A DNA stretch of 64,000 nt from Candidatus Eiseniibacteriota bacterium (GTDB taxonomy: Bacteria > Eisenbacteria > RBG-16-71-46): positions 64,001 through 128,000 of the forward strand of contig JBGAML010000004.1 in NCBI GenBank assembly GCA_044223005.1, written 5' to 3'. The notes below the pieces were generated by a model. It did not search any database. It was given only the letters and a program-made list of their open reading frames with translations, and had not been told where the DNA came from. Positions 9,485-20,534 of the stretch are shown one piece after another (positions within the stretch are counted from its first letter, which is position 1; each line of letters opens with the position of its first letter). Both the position numbers and the translations under genes were made by a program.

Positions 9485-10063
9485 ATGAGCGCGACCTCCA
9501 ACCTGACTCCCATGGGCGCCGGCGACGGCGCCTCCCAACTGCTCCGCGTCGGAGACCTGGCGCGCGCCACGGGCAAGACCGTGCGCGCGATCCACCTCTA
9601 CGAGGAGCTCGGGCTGCTCGCCCCGGTGACCCGCTCGAGCGGCGGCTTCCGCCTCTACGACGCCTCGGCGGTCGACCGCGTGCGCTGGATCGATTCGCTG
9701 CATTCGCTCGGCTTCTCGCTGCAGGAGATGCGCGAGGTGCTGCAGAACTGGTGGAGCGCCGACCAGGGCCCCGAAGCGATGGCCAGCCTGCGCGAGCTGT
9801 TCACTCGCAAGCTCGCCGAGACGCGCGAGGCCGTGCGCCGGCACCAGCAGCTGGAGCAGGAGCTGGAAGAGGGCCTGCGCTACCTCGAGACGTGTGAGAC
9901 CTGCGCGGCGCCGGGACCGGCGCGCGCATGCGTGCATTGCCAGCAGGACCACGGAGTTTCGGACCCGCCGTCGCTGGTGGCGGGCATCAAGTCGGCGCCG
10001 GAGACCGGGCGCCGCGGCGGGCGCGCGCCGTTCGTTCGCGTCGAGGACCCCGATCGCACCTGA
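9485..10063 (+). CDS. MerR family transcriptional regulator with a C-terminal Cys cluster
   Basis: LRVGDLARATGKTVRAIHLYEELGLL...RSSGGFRLY MerR HTH; coiled coil; CETC-x8-CVHC. Confidence 0.9.
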   Translation: MSATSNLTPMGAGDGASQLLRVGDLARATGKTVRAIHLYEELGLLAPVTRSSGGFRLYDASAVDRVRWIDSLHSLGFSLQEMREVLQNWWSADQGPEAMASLRELFTRKLAETREAVRRHQQLEQELEEGLRYLETCETCAAPGPARACVHCQQDHGVSDPPSLVAGIKSAPETGRRGGRAPFVRVEDPDRT

Positions 10064-10131
10064 AGACGACCCCGGCGCGGGCACGGTCGGCCCCGCTCGC
10101 GCCTCGCAGGATTGGAAAGGAGCAACGGAAC

Positions 10132-10455
10132 ATGATCACCCTGACCCCCATCGCGTCGGAGAAGGTCAAGGCGCTGCTCGAACAGCGCGGCACTCCCGAG
10201 ATCGGCCTGCGCATCGGCGTGCGCGGCGGCGGCTGCTCGGGCAACTCGTACTACATGGAGTTCTGCGACACCGAGTCGCCCGGCGACGAGGTGCTCGACG
10301 CCAACGGCGTGCGGCTGTTCGTCGACCTCAAGAGCATGGTGCTGCTCGGCGGCACGGAGATCGACTACGTCGAGGGCCTGATGGGCGCCGGATTCAAGTT
10401 CAACAACCCGAACGTGAAGCACAGCTGCGCCTGCGGCGAGAGCTTCTCGGCCTGA
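10132..10455 (+). CDS. iscA: A-type Fe-S carrier (IscA/SufA/HesB)
   Basis: GVRGGGCSG and CACGESF motifs; AAAGGAG RBS. Confidence 0.93.
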   Translation: MITLTPIASEKVKALLEQRGTPEIGLRIGVRGGGCSGNSYYMEFCDTESPGDEVLDANGVRLFVDLKSMVLLGGTEIDYVEGLMGAGFKFNNPNVKHSCACGESFSA

Positions 10456-10539
10456 TCTTCACGCGCCGACGCCCCGCGCGAACCGCGGCGCCGGCGCCCA
10501 ACACGGCCCCCAACCGGACGGCCGAGGGAACGAGACGAC

Positions 10540-11330
10540 ATGAGCCAGACGCCTGAACTGGTGGTGAAGGACCTGCACGTCGCCGTCGAGGGCAAGGAGA
10601 TCCTGAAGGGTCTCTCGCTCGAGGTCGGCAAGGGCGAGATCCACGCCCTCATGGGACCGAACGGCTCGGGCAAGAGCACGTTCGCGAACACGCTCATGGG
10701 TCATCCCAAGTACGAGGTGACCTCGGGCGACATCCTCTTCCGAGGCCAGAGCGTCCTGGAGATGGAGACCGACGAGCGTTCGCGCGCGGGTCTCTTCATG
10801 GCGTTCCAGTACCCCGTCGCGATTCCCGGCCTGACGTTCGCCAGCTTCCTGCGCGCGGCGCTCAATGCGCGCATCGCGCCCGCCGGCGGCGAGGACGGCA
10901 AGATGCCGACCCGGAAGGGCATCCCGCCGAAGGAGTTCCGCGAGCTCCTCAAGAAGACCATGGGCCTGCTCAAGATGGACGAGAAGTTCGCGACGCGCTA
11001 CCTGAACGACGGGTTCTCCGGCGGCGAGAAGAAGCGCGCCGAGATCCTCCAGCTCGCGCTGCTCAAGCCCACGATCGCGATCATGGACGAGACGGACTCC
11101 GGCCTCGACATCGACGCCCTGCGGATCGTCTCCGAGGGCGTGAACGCGGTCGCGGGCCCCGAGATGGGCGTGCTCGTGATCACGCACTACAACCGCATCC
11201 TGAACTACATCAAGCCGCACAAGGTCCACGTCATGAAGGATGGCCGCATGGTCACCAGCGGCGGACCGGAGTTGGCGCTCGAGCTCGAAGCTCGCGGCTA
11301 CGACTGGGTGCGCGAGGAAGTGGGGGCGGA

Positions 11331-11334
<4 letters not shown>
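10540..11334 (+). CDS. sufC: Fe-S cluster assembly ATPase SufC
   Basis: [36 protein letters not shown]. Confidence 0.97.
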
Positions 11335-12736
<1,402 letters not shown>

Positions 12737-12740
<4 letters not shown>

Positions 12741-14077
12741 GCGCGACGAACCTCGACACGCAGTACTCGACCACGGTCGCGGGCTGGCTCGCGACCGCGG
12801 AGACGCGCGCGCAGGAAGCCGCGGAACCGGCGTGGGCGCTGGAGCGCCGCCGCCGCGCGGCGCAGACGGCCGCGTCGCTGGCGTTCCCGGGCCGCGAACA
12901 GGAGCTGTGGCGGCGCACCGATTTCGGCGGGCTCGTGCTGGAGGGCCTCGATCCCTTCCGTACGCCGGCCAAGGCGCGCAACCTCGACGACCTCCCGGCG
13001 CCGGTGATCGCGCGCCTCGCGGGCGAGGCCGGTCCGGTGGCCGTGATCGCGCAGCGCGACGGCGCCGTGGTGCTGGAACAGACGCATCCCACGCTCGAGA
13101 AGCAGGGCGTGATCGTGTGCTCGATGGAGCGCGCGATCCGCGAGCACGCCGACAAGGTGCAGGCGCTGTTCGGTTCGCTGATCGCGACCGACTACGACCG
13201 CTGGACCGCGATCGGCGAGGCGCTGCACGCCGGCGGCGCGTTCGTGTGGGTGCCGAAGGGCGTGCAGGCCGAAGTGCCCGTGCGGATCTTCCAGTGGTTC
13301 GACGGCGAAGGGCGCCTCGCGGCGCCGCGCAGCGTCGTCTCGGTGGGGGAGGGCGCCTCGATCACCGTGACCGAGGAACTGATCTCCGAGAGCGGCGAGT
13401 CGCCCTCGCTGCAGCTCGGCGGCACCGAGGTGTTCGTCGGCCGCGGCGCCAAGCTGACGTTCGCGAGCCTGCAGGACTGGGGTCGCAACGTGTACCACTA
13501 CGCCAACGGCCGTGCGCGGCTCGAGGCCGACGCGGAGCTGCACTGGATCCAGGTGCTGCTCGGCGGCCGCATGACCAAGGCGAACGTCTGGTACAACCTC
13601 GACGGTCAGGGCGCGCAGGCCTTCGTGCACGGGTTCATGTTCGGCGACCAGCGCCAGCACTTCCACCTGCACACGCTGCAGCGCCACCTCAAGCCCCACT
13701 GCACGAGCGACCTGCTCATCAAGGGCTGCCTCAAGGACCGCGCCCGAAGCGTCTACCAGGGCCTGATCCAGGTGGCCGAAGGCGCGCAGCGCACCGACGC
13801 CTACCAGGCCAACCGCAACCTCCTGCTCTCCGAGCAGGCGCGCGCGGACAGCATCCCGGGCCTCGAGATCCTCGCCAACGACGTCCGCTGCACGCACGGC
13901 GCGACGCTCGGGCACGTGGACGCCGAGCAGCTCTACTACCTCAAGACGCGCGGCCTGGCCGAGCTCGAGGCGAAGCGCCTGATCGTCGAGGCCTTCTTCG
14001 AGCCGGTGCTCGAGCGCATTCCGCTCGCGAACGTGCGCGAGCAGCTGCGCGACGAGATCGCGCGGAAGATCGGCTGA
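12737..14077 (+). CDS. sufD: Fe-S cluster assembly protein SufD
   Basis: [33 protein letters not shown]; position in operon. Confidence 0.95.
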
Positions 14078-14081
14078 TCCC

Positions 14082-15368
14082 ATGAGCGAAACGCGCGACG
14101 CCGGTGCCGCCGGGGCGGGAACGCTACCCGCCCCGCCGGCCGACGCGTTCGATCCGCACATCGTGCGCGTGGATTTCCCGATCTTCGCCACGCCGCGCGA
14201 GAAGCCGCTCGCGTACCTCGACAGCGCCGCCACGTCGCAGAAGCCGCAGGTGGTGCTGGACGCGATGGACCGCTACTACAAGACGTGCAACTCGAACATC
14301 CACCGCGGCGTCTACCGGATCGCGGAGGAAGCCACGGCGCTGTACGAGGACGCCCGCCGCCGCGTGGCTTCGTTCCTCAACGCCGCGAGCCCGCGCGAGA
14401 TCGTCTTCACGCGCAACAGCACCGAGGCGATCAACCTCGTGGCGCACGCGTGGGGGCGCGCGAACCTCCGCGACGGCGACGCGATCGTGCTCACGCCGAT
14501 GGAGCACCACTCGAACCTCGTGCCGTGGCACCTGCTCGCGGCCGAGCGGAAGGTGGAGCTGCGGTTCATTCCGCTCACCGCGAGCGGCGAGCTGGCGGTC
14601 GAGGCGCTCCCCGGGCTGCTGGCCGACGGGCGGGTGAAGCTCGTGTCGTTCGTGCACGTCTCCAACGTGCTCGGCACGGTGAACCCGGCCGCGGAGATCG
14701 CGAGGATCGCGAAGGCCCACGGCGCCACCGTGCTCGTGGACGCATCGCAGAGCGCGGCGCACATGGCGATCGACGTGCGCGCCCTGGGCGCCGACTTCGT
14801 CGCGTGCACCGCGCACAAGATGCTCGGGCCCACCGGCATCGGCATGCTCTGGGGCCGGCGCGAGATCCTCGAAGCCATGCCGCCGTTCCTGGGCGGCGGC
14901 GAGATGATCCGCGAGGTGACGCTCACGGGCTCCAAGTGGAACGAGCTGCCGTGGAAGTTCGAGGCCGGCACGATGCCGATCGCGGAGGCCGTGGGCCTGG
15001 GCGCGGCGATCGCCTACCTGCAGCACCTCGGCATGGACCACGTGCTCGCGCACGATCGCGCGCTCTCCGCGTATGCCATGGAGCGCCTCGCGGAGATCGA
15101 GGGCCTGCGCGTGCTGGGGCCGCCGGCGGACCGCCGCGGCGGCGTGGTCGCGTTCACGCTCGAGGGCGTGCATCCGCACGACGTGGCCACGGTGCTCGAC
15201 GCCGAGGGCGTATGCGTGCGCGCGGGACACCACTGTGCGATGCCGCTCCACGACGCGCTCGGGATTCCCGCGTCGGCGCGCGCATCGTTCCACTGCTACT
15301 CCGTGCCCGAGGAAGTGGACGCGCTCGTCCACGGCCTGCAACGCGCGCGGAAGCTGTTCGCTCGCTAG
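14082..15368 (+). CDS. sufS: Cysteine desulfurase SufS
   Basis: YLDSAATSQKP, EHHSN, HKMLGPTG (PLP lysine), RAGHHCA. Confidence 0.97.
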   Translation: MSETRDAGAAGAGTLPAPPADAFDPHIVRVDFPIFATPREKPLAYLDSAATSQKPQVVLDAMDRYYKTCNSNIHRGVYRIAEEATALYEDARRRVASFLNAASPREIVFTRNSTEAINLVAHAWGRANLRDGDAIVLTPMEHHSNLVPWHLLAAERKVELRFIPLTASGELAVEALPGLLADGRVKLVSFVHVSNVLGTVNPAAEIARIAKAHGATVLVDASQSAAHMAIDVRALGADFVACTAHKMLGPTGIGMLWGRREILEAMPPFLGGGEMIREVTLTGSKWNELPWKFEAGTMPIAEAVGLGAAIAYLQHLGMDHVLAHDRALSAYAMERLAEIEGLRVLGPPADRRGGVVAFTLEGVHPHDVATVLDAEGVCVRAGHHCAMPLHDALGIPASARASFHCYSVPEEVDALVHGLQRARKLFAR

Positions 15369-15377
15369 GATCGGGAC

Positions 15378-15779
15378 ATGGACGAGCTCTTCCGCGAGAA
15401 CATCCTCGAGCACCACAAGCATCCGCGCTGCCACGGCTCGCTCGAGAACCCGGACACCACGTTCGAGGACGCCAACCCGCTCTGCGGCGATCGCATCCGG
15501 ATGGAGTTCAAGATCCAGGACGGCGTGCTGCAGAAGGTGCGCTTCAACGGCCAGGGCTGCTCGATCAGCCAGGCCGCGGCGTCCATGCTCTGCGAGCACG
15601 TCGAAGGGAAGACGCTCGACGAGATCAAGCAGCTCGGCCGCCAGGACGTGATGGACATGCTGGGCATCGAGCTCGGGCCCGTGCGCCTCAAGTGCGCGCT
15701 GCTCGCGCTCAAGACCCTGAAGGCCGGCATCTACGGCGTGAACCAGTGGCCGGGTGAAGAGGAGGACGGCGCGCTGTGA
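15378..15779 (+). CDS. sufU: SufU/NifU-like sulfur transfer or scaffold protein
   Basis: NPLCGD, GCSISQA, RLKCALL. Confidence 0.93.
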   Translation: MDELFRENILEHHKHPRCHGSLENPDTTFEDANPLCGDRIRMEFKIQDGVLQKVRFNGQGCSISQAAASMLCEHVEGKTLDEIKQLGRQDVMDMLGIELGPVRLKCALLALKTLKAGIYGVNQWPGEEEDGAL

Positions 15780-16096
15780 GCACCGCGAGCGACTACGTGA
15801 CGGTGGCGCGCACGGACGAGATTCCCGTCGGCGGCCGCAAGGTGATCCGCATCGGCGACGTGCCGGTCGCGGTCTTCCACCTGGAGGACGGCTGGTACGC
15901 GATCGAGGACGTCTGCACGCACGATGGCGGACCGGTCGCCGAGGGCGATCTCTGCGGCCACGAGATCGAGTGCCCGCGCCACGGGGCGCGGTTCGACGTG
16001 CGCACGGGTGCTCCGCGGCGGTTCCCCGCCACGAGCCCCGTGCCGACCTACGCCGTGCGGCTGCACGGCGACGAGATCCAGGTGGAGCGCCCATGA
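15776..16096 (+). CDS. Rieske-type [2Fe-2S] ferredoxin
   Basis: CTHDGG...ECPRHGARFD. Confidence 0.93.
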   Translation: MSTASDYVTVARTDEIPVGGRKVIRIGDVPVAVFHLEDGWYAIEDVCTHDGGPVAEGDLCGHEIECPRHGARFDVRTGAPRRFPATSPVPTYAVRLHGDEIQVERP

Positions 16097-16533
16097 GCGA
16101 CGAGACGAAGGACGCCGTGAATCCCCACACCGGCCAGCCGTACCCGGCCGATCCCGCGAACCCCTCGCAGCCCGGCGCGCCCGCGGCCGACGTGCCGCCG
16201 GCCGCCAAGCCCGCGGGCCCGCCGCAGTGGAGCAGCATGCCGTCGCAGCAGGAGATGGCGGTACGCGCCGCGCTCGAGACGGTGATGGATCCCGAGATCC
16301 AGCTCTCCGTGATCGACCTCGGGCTGATCCGCGAGATCCACTTCCTCGCCGACCGCACGCTCGTGCGCATGATGCTCACGACGCCGTTCTGCCCGTACGC
16401 GCCGCAGATGATGGCCGACGTGAAGGCGGCGACCGAGAGCGCCGTCACCAAGCCGTGCGAGGTCGAGATGCTCCCCGACCCGTGGGGTCCCGAGATGATG
16501 CCGGACCCGGGCCTGCTCGGTTTCTCGTTCTAG
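16093..16533 (+). CDS. sufT: SufT/DUF59 metal-sulfur cluster maturation protein
   Basis: ATGA overlap; VMDPEIQLSVIDLGLI and MLTTPFCP; Pro-rich N-terminal extension. Confidence 0.88.
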   Translation: MSDETKDAVNPHTGQPYPADPANPSQPGAPAADVPPAAKPAGPPQWSSMPSQQEMAVRAALETVMDPEIQLSVIDLGLIREIHFLADRTLVRMMLTTPFCPYAPQMMADVKAATESAVTKPCEVEMLPDPWGPEMMPDPGLLGFSF

Positions 16534-16737
16534 CGCCGAGCGCAGCGCAGCCCCATGCGCGCCCGCAGCGGAACCATCCGCCGCGGGCGCGATGCGTTTC
16601 GGGCCCACTTCGTCCGCCGGCCGGACGAATCCGGGGCTTGCGTGAGTCCATGGTGCTTGCGTCGCCGGGCGGACCGCAGGAACATCATGCATGAGCCGGG
16701 TTCGTCCCCCGAGACGCCCACAGGGAGGATCCGCATC

Positions 16738-17409
16738 ATGGTCGTACGCCATTTCGCTGTCCGTCTCGCCGGCATCGTCCTGCTCGCGCTGCTCGCGTGG
16801 CCGGACCTCGGCCGCGCCCAGTGCACCACCAACTGCCCCTTCGATGTCGAGTTCGGGCCGACGGGTACCACCCCCAGCCTGATCTGCGTCGTCGGGTTCA
16901 CTTCGACGGGCCAGATCGATCCCGCGGGCGAGTTCGTCGTGACGGTGCGCGACGTCGCCAACAACCCTGTGGAAGGCGCGACCGTCGACATCGACTTCTC
17001 GCGTTGCACCGGGCTCTCGATCTGCGGCGTCGCGGGGAGCGCGTGCGCGACCATGGACCCCGTCCATGACACGGTCCGAGACTTCACCGATGCCGCGGGC
17101 CAGGTCCGCCTTCGCGTCGCCGGCGGACTCGACCTGCCCTACGGCGCTCCGGAATCGCAGGACGGCCGGGCGCGCATCCGCGTCTGCGGGTTCCTGTTCT
17201 CCAGCCCGCCCGTCTGCGTGGCGGACATGGAAGGCCGCAACGGCGTGAACTCCGCCGACCTCGCGTTCCTGGCCACCGACATCGGCGCCCACACGTACAT
17301 CCCGCGCGCGGACTTCGACGGGAACCTGATCGTGAACGGTGCGGATCTCGCCTGGCTCGCGACGCTGCTCGGCCTGCACAGTTCGCTGAAGGGCTGCGCG
17401 AACCACTGA
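16738..17409 (+). CDS. Secreted Cys-containing hypothetical protein with a C-terminal dockerin-like repeat
   Basis: GGGAGG RBS; signal peptide; two dockerin-like units (ADMEGRNGVNSADL and ADFDGNLIVNGADL). Confidence 0.7.
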   Translation: MVVRHFAVRLAGIVLLALLAWPDLGRAQCTTNCPFDVEFGPTGTTPSLICVVGFTSTGQIDPAGEFVVTVRDVANNPVEGATVDIDFSRCTGLSICGVAGSACATMDPVHDTVRDFTDAAGQVRLRVAGGLDLPYGAPESQDGRARIRVCGFLFSSPPVCVADMEGRNGVNSADLAFLATDIGAHTYIPRADFDGNLIVNGADLAWLATLLGLHSSLKGCANH

Positions 17410-17425
17410 CTCCGGAGCGAAACGG

Positions 17426-17457
17426 CGAACGGGCGCGCCTCGCGGCGCGCCCGTTCG
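17426..17457. terminator. Hairpin between convergent genes (probable bidirectional terminator)
   Basis: CGAACGGGCGCGCC-TCGC-GGCGCGCCCGTTCG, a perfect 14-bp stem. Confidence 0.55.
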
Positions 17458-17479
17458 TGTCGTTCCGGAGCCGAAATCC

Positions 17480-18043
17480 CTACAGCGCCCAGCTGAGCCC
17501 CGTGTTGAACTTGATCTGGCGGTAACGGGTCACGTTGAGCAGCTTGAGCTCGAGGAAGCTGCCGAGCCGCGAGCCCATGCTGAACTCGGCGCCGCCGAGC
17601 AGGTCGAGGCCGCCCTTCACGACGCCGTTGGTCGCGTGCGGGATTCCCTGGCGCGGCGCGTCCACCTCGTCGCCGAGGAAGTGCAGCGAGTAGCCCACGC
17701 CGGCGTACGGGTCCCACCCGGTCGCGTGGAAGAGCCAGCGCGCGTCGCATCCGAGCGTCGCGTCGCGGCGGCGGGTCGTGATGCTGAACGCGTCGAGGTG
17801 GTTGGTGTTCTGCCAGTACTCGATCGTGGGCATGACCTCGATCTCGGGCCTGAGCGCCACGCTGCGCACGTGCATGCGGAACGCGAGTCCGGAGAACGAG
17901 CTCTGGCCTTCCTGGAAGACCGTGCTGGTCATGGCCTCGAGCCCGACCACCCCCGAGCGCGGGGTGTCGGCGGCGAGGGCGGTCGAGCCCGCGAGCGCGA
18001 GCATCGAGGTGAGGGCGAGCGAGAAGGCGAGCGGTGCGCGCAC
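17480..18043 (-). CDS. Small outer-membrane beta-barrel protein
   Basis: GGAGG RBS before GTG 18043; signal peptide; alternating beta-strand pattern; DPYAGVG; C-terminal FNTGLSW. Confidence 0.75.
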   Translation of the reverse strand: MRAPLAFSLALTSMLALAGSTALAADTPRSGVVGLEAMTSTVFQEGQSSFSGLAFRMHVRSVALRPEIEVMPTIEYWQNTNHLDAFSITTRRRDATLGCDARWLFHATGWDPYAGVGYSLHFLGDEVDAPRQGIPHATNGVVKGGLDLLGGAEFSMGSRLGSFLELKLLNVTRYRQIKFNTGLSWAL

Positions 18044-18293
18044 GATGACGTTTCCTCCATGAAACGCGTGGGGCCGGCGGGAAGCCGGCGCGAATGTAGC
18101 CCGTACCCCGGTGGTGCCGCCAGCGTTCCCACGCAGGCGCGCTCGATTCCGCGCTTGCGGGCCCGCGCCGCCGTTGCGTAGCGTCGCGGCCCCGGCCGTC
18201 GCGCCGCGCCGGGTTCCGCCGGGGAGTGCCCCGTGACGCCACGCGGCAGTTCCCGCCGGGACCGACCCCGTCCTCCGGCCTCGCGAGGTGTCC

Positions 18294-19754
18294 ATGTCCC
18301 GTTCCGCCCCCGTCGCGCGCGCTCTCGCGCCGGCGCTCACCGCCCTGCTGCTGCTGGCCGCCCGGCCGGCGGCCGCCGCCGACGTGCCGGACGCCATGCG
18401 CGACGCGGCCGCGCGCCTGACCACCGAGGCGCTGCGCTCGCGCGACGCCTACGACGGCCTGGGCGAACTCTGCGACCGCGTCGGCCACCGGCTCTCGGGC
18501 GAAGCGTCGCTCGACTCGGCGATCCGCTGGGCCGCCGACCGCATGCGCGCCGAGGGGCTCGAGAACGTGCACACCGAGCGCGTGATGGTGCCGGTGTGGG
18601 TGCGCGGCCGGGAGTCCGCCGAACTACTCGCGCCACGGAGCAAGCCGCTGCACGTGCTGGGCCTGGGCATGAGCGTCGGCACGCCGCGCAACGGCGTGAC
18701 GGCCGAGGTCGTCGTCGTGGACAGCTTCCCGCAGCTGGAACAGCTCGGCGAACGCGGCCTGCGGGGCCGAATCGTGCTCTACGACGTGCCGTTCAGGAGC
18801 TACGGCGAGACCGTCCGCTATCGCGGTGCCGGCGCTTCGCGCGCGGCGCGCTACGGCGCGGTCGCGGTGCTCGTGCGCTCGGTGACGCCCGTGAGCCTCG
18901 ACACGCCGCACACGGGCTCGCTGGGCTACGTGGATTCGCTCCCGAAGATCCCCGCCGCCGCGATCACGATCGAGGACGCGACGCTGCTCCACCGGCTGGC
19001 CGCGCGCGGCCTGCACCCGCGCATGCGGCTCGTCATGGAGGCGCACCGCCGGCCCGACGTGCCGTCCGCGAACGTGATCGGCGAGGTGACCGGGCGCGAG
19101 CAGCCACGCGAGATCGTGGCGATGGGCGGGCACATCGACTCGTGGGACGTGGGGCAGGGAGCGCAGGACGACGGCACTGGCATGATCGTGTCGATGGAAG
19201 CGGCGCACCTGGTCCAGAAGCTGGGCCTGCGGCCACGGCGCACGCTGCGCGTCGTGCTGTGGGTGAACGAGGAGAACGGCCTGCGCGGCGGCCGCGCCTA
19301 TCGCGATGCTCACCGCGCCGAACTCGCCGACCACGTCGCGGCGCTCGAATCGGACTCGGGCAACGGCCTGGTGCGCGGCTTCCAACTCGACCTGCGCCCG
19401 CGTCCCGCCGCGGGCGACACCGTGGCGCGCGACACCACCGGCCGCGCGGCCGCCGAGCGCGAACGCACCGACGCGCTCGCGCTGCTGCGCGCGCTGGCGC
19501 CGCTCGTCACGACGGCGGCGAACGGCACGCCGGAGATGAAGCCGGGTGGTGGCGGCGCCGACGTGGGCCCGCTCGCGGCGATGGGCGTGCCCGCGCTGGG
19601 GCTCGATCACGACGAGACGCACTACTTCGACGTGCATCACACGGACGCCGACACGTTCGACAAGATCGACCCCGAAGCGCTCGCGCGGAACGTGGCGTCG
19701 ATGGCGGTGATGGCGTGGGCGCTCGCGGAGTGGCCCGCGCGGCTGCGGCCCTGA
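18294..19754 (+). CDS. M28 family metallopeptidase (carboxypeptidase Q-like, PA domain)
   Basis: Signal peptide; GGHIDSWDVGQGAQDDGTG, NEENG, LESDSG and HHTDADT Zn-ligand motifs. Confidence 0.92.
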   Translation: MSRSAPVARALAPALTALLLLAARPAAAADVPDAMRDAAARLTTEALRSRDAYDGLGELCDRVGHRLSGEASLDSAIRWAADRMRAEGLENVHTERVMVPVWVRGRESAELLAPRSKPLHVLGLGMSVGTPRNGVTAEVVVVDSFPQLEQLGERGLRGRIVLYDVPFRSYGETVRYRGAGASRAARYGAVAVLVRSVTPVSLDTPHTGSLGYVDSLPKIPAAAITIEDATLLHRLAARGLHPRMRLVMEAHRRPDVPSANVIGEVTGREQPREIVAMGGHIDSWDVGQGAQDDGTGMIVSMEAAHLVQKLGLRPRRTLRVVLWVNEENGLRGGRAYRDAHRAELADHVAALESDSGNGLVRGFQLDLRPRPAAGDTVARDTTGRAAAERERTDALALLRALAPLVTTAANGTPEMKPGGGGADVGPLAAMGVPALGLDHDETHYFDVHHTDADTFDKIDPEALARNVASMAVMAWALAEWPARLRP

Positions 19755-19759
19755 AACGC

Positions 19760-20297
19760 CGGAAAATCGAAAGCCGCCGCTTTCGTCGCGAGATCGGCCG
19801 AGGGGTTTAGCCGCTGGCACGCGAGCGAAAGACGGCGGCGTTTCGAAGCTCCCCGTCATGACTTCCCACCCGAGGGGGAGTGGGACGCTGGTCGGGGATT
19901 CCGCCGCCGGGTCGCGACCGACCCAGCCGAGGGGGGCAGTGTCCAGTCGCGACGCCGACGGACAGCGTTGGCCGAGTCCTGCTCTCGTGTGCCTGGGAAT
20001 AGCGCGTCGCGAGGCGGGGCGCCGGCCGGATCGATGAAGCAGACCTCGGGCTCGGCGATGCGCGAGCGCAAAGTGGGGACGATTGGAAGTGATGAAGTCG
20101 TCTCCGTCCGGAATCCGGCACGTGTGCTTTCACGCCGAGGGGGGCGCGTCGACATCCGCGACGAGTTCCAGCGGTTCCAACTTCAGCGCCTCAATAGTCA
20201 CGCTCCGACCGAGGGGTGATCGAAGCAGCCCGAGGGGTGGCGCTGTCCTTCTATTCAGTTGTCCCATCTCGTCGCCGGTTCCGAGGCCGGCGACGTC
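19760..20297 (-). ncRNA. Candidate sigma54-dependent multi-hairpin non-coding RNA with repeated CCCCUCGG motifs
   Basis: No credible CDS. CCGAGGGG occurs on + at 19798, 19870, 19927, 20135, 20209 and 20230, with CCGAGG at 20281, mostly at hairpin tips. A sigma54 promoter lies directly upstream and a long 3' stem is followed by U-rich sequence. Both ends are estimates. Confidence 0.55.
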
Positions 20298-20307
20298 GGG
20301 ATGACTG

Positions 20308-20324
20308 AGCAAGCGCCTTGCCAA
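20308..20324 (-). promoter_or_regulatory. Sigma54 (-24/-12) promoter
   Basis: Minus strand TTGGCAAGGCGCTTGCT versus consensus YTGGCACGRNNNTTGCW: one mismatch, correct GG-N10-GC spacing. Confidence 0.75.
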
Positions 20325-20534
20325 TCGCAATGCCGGGCGTGCCGAAGTGCCGGGAAGCACGGCGGATCGGAGTGCAAGCCGATCCCGGAACGCAGGTTAC
20401 GGAAATGGGCACCCGTCGCGCCCCGGGCAGGGTGCACGGCCCGGCGCAGGCCAGCGGGTGTGCGGCGGGCGGCCGGAATGCGTGCAGGCGGCACGGCGAC
20501 CGGCCGGATTCTTCCCGCCGGGGTCGCGGTGGGC

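Noticed and set aside
19798..20286. CRISPR array or iteron/tandem repeat explanation for the CCGAGGGG copies
   Set aside because: The repeat is only 8 nt, start-to-start spacing is irregular (21-208 nt), and no cas or rep genes are nearby.
19760..20300. tmRNA, RNase P RNA, SRP or 6S identity for the non-coding island
   Set aside because: I found no tRNA-like ends, no GAGGAAAGUCC RNase P motif and no SRP core; an Rfam scan is still needed to exclude them formally.
19807..20360. Short ORFs in the island (19807-20133, 19856-20155, 20130-20360 and others)
   Set aside because: No RBS, no host-like GC3 bias, no motifs, and the repeats fall in different frames.
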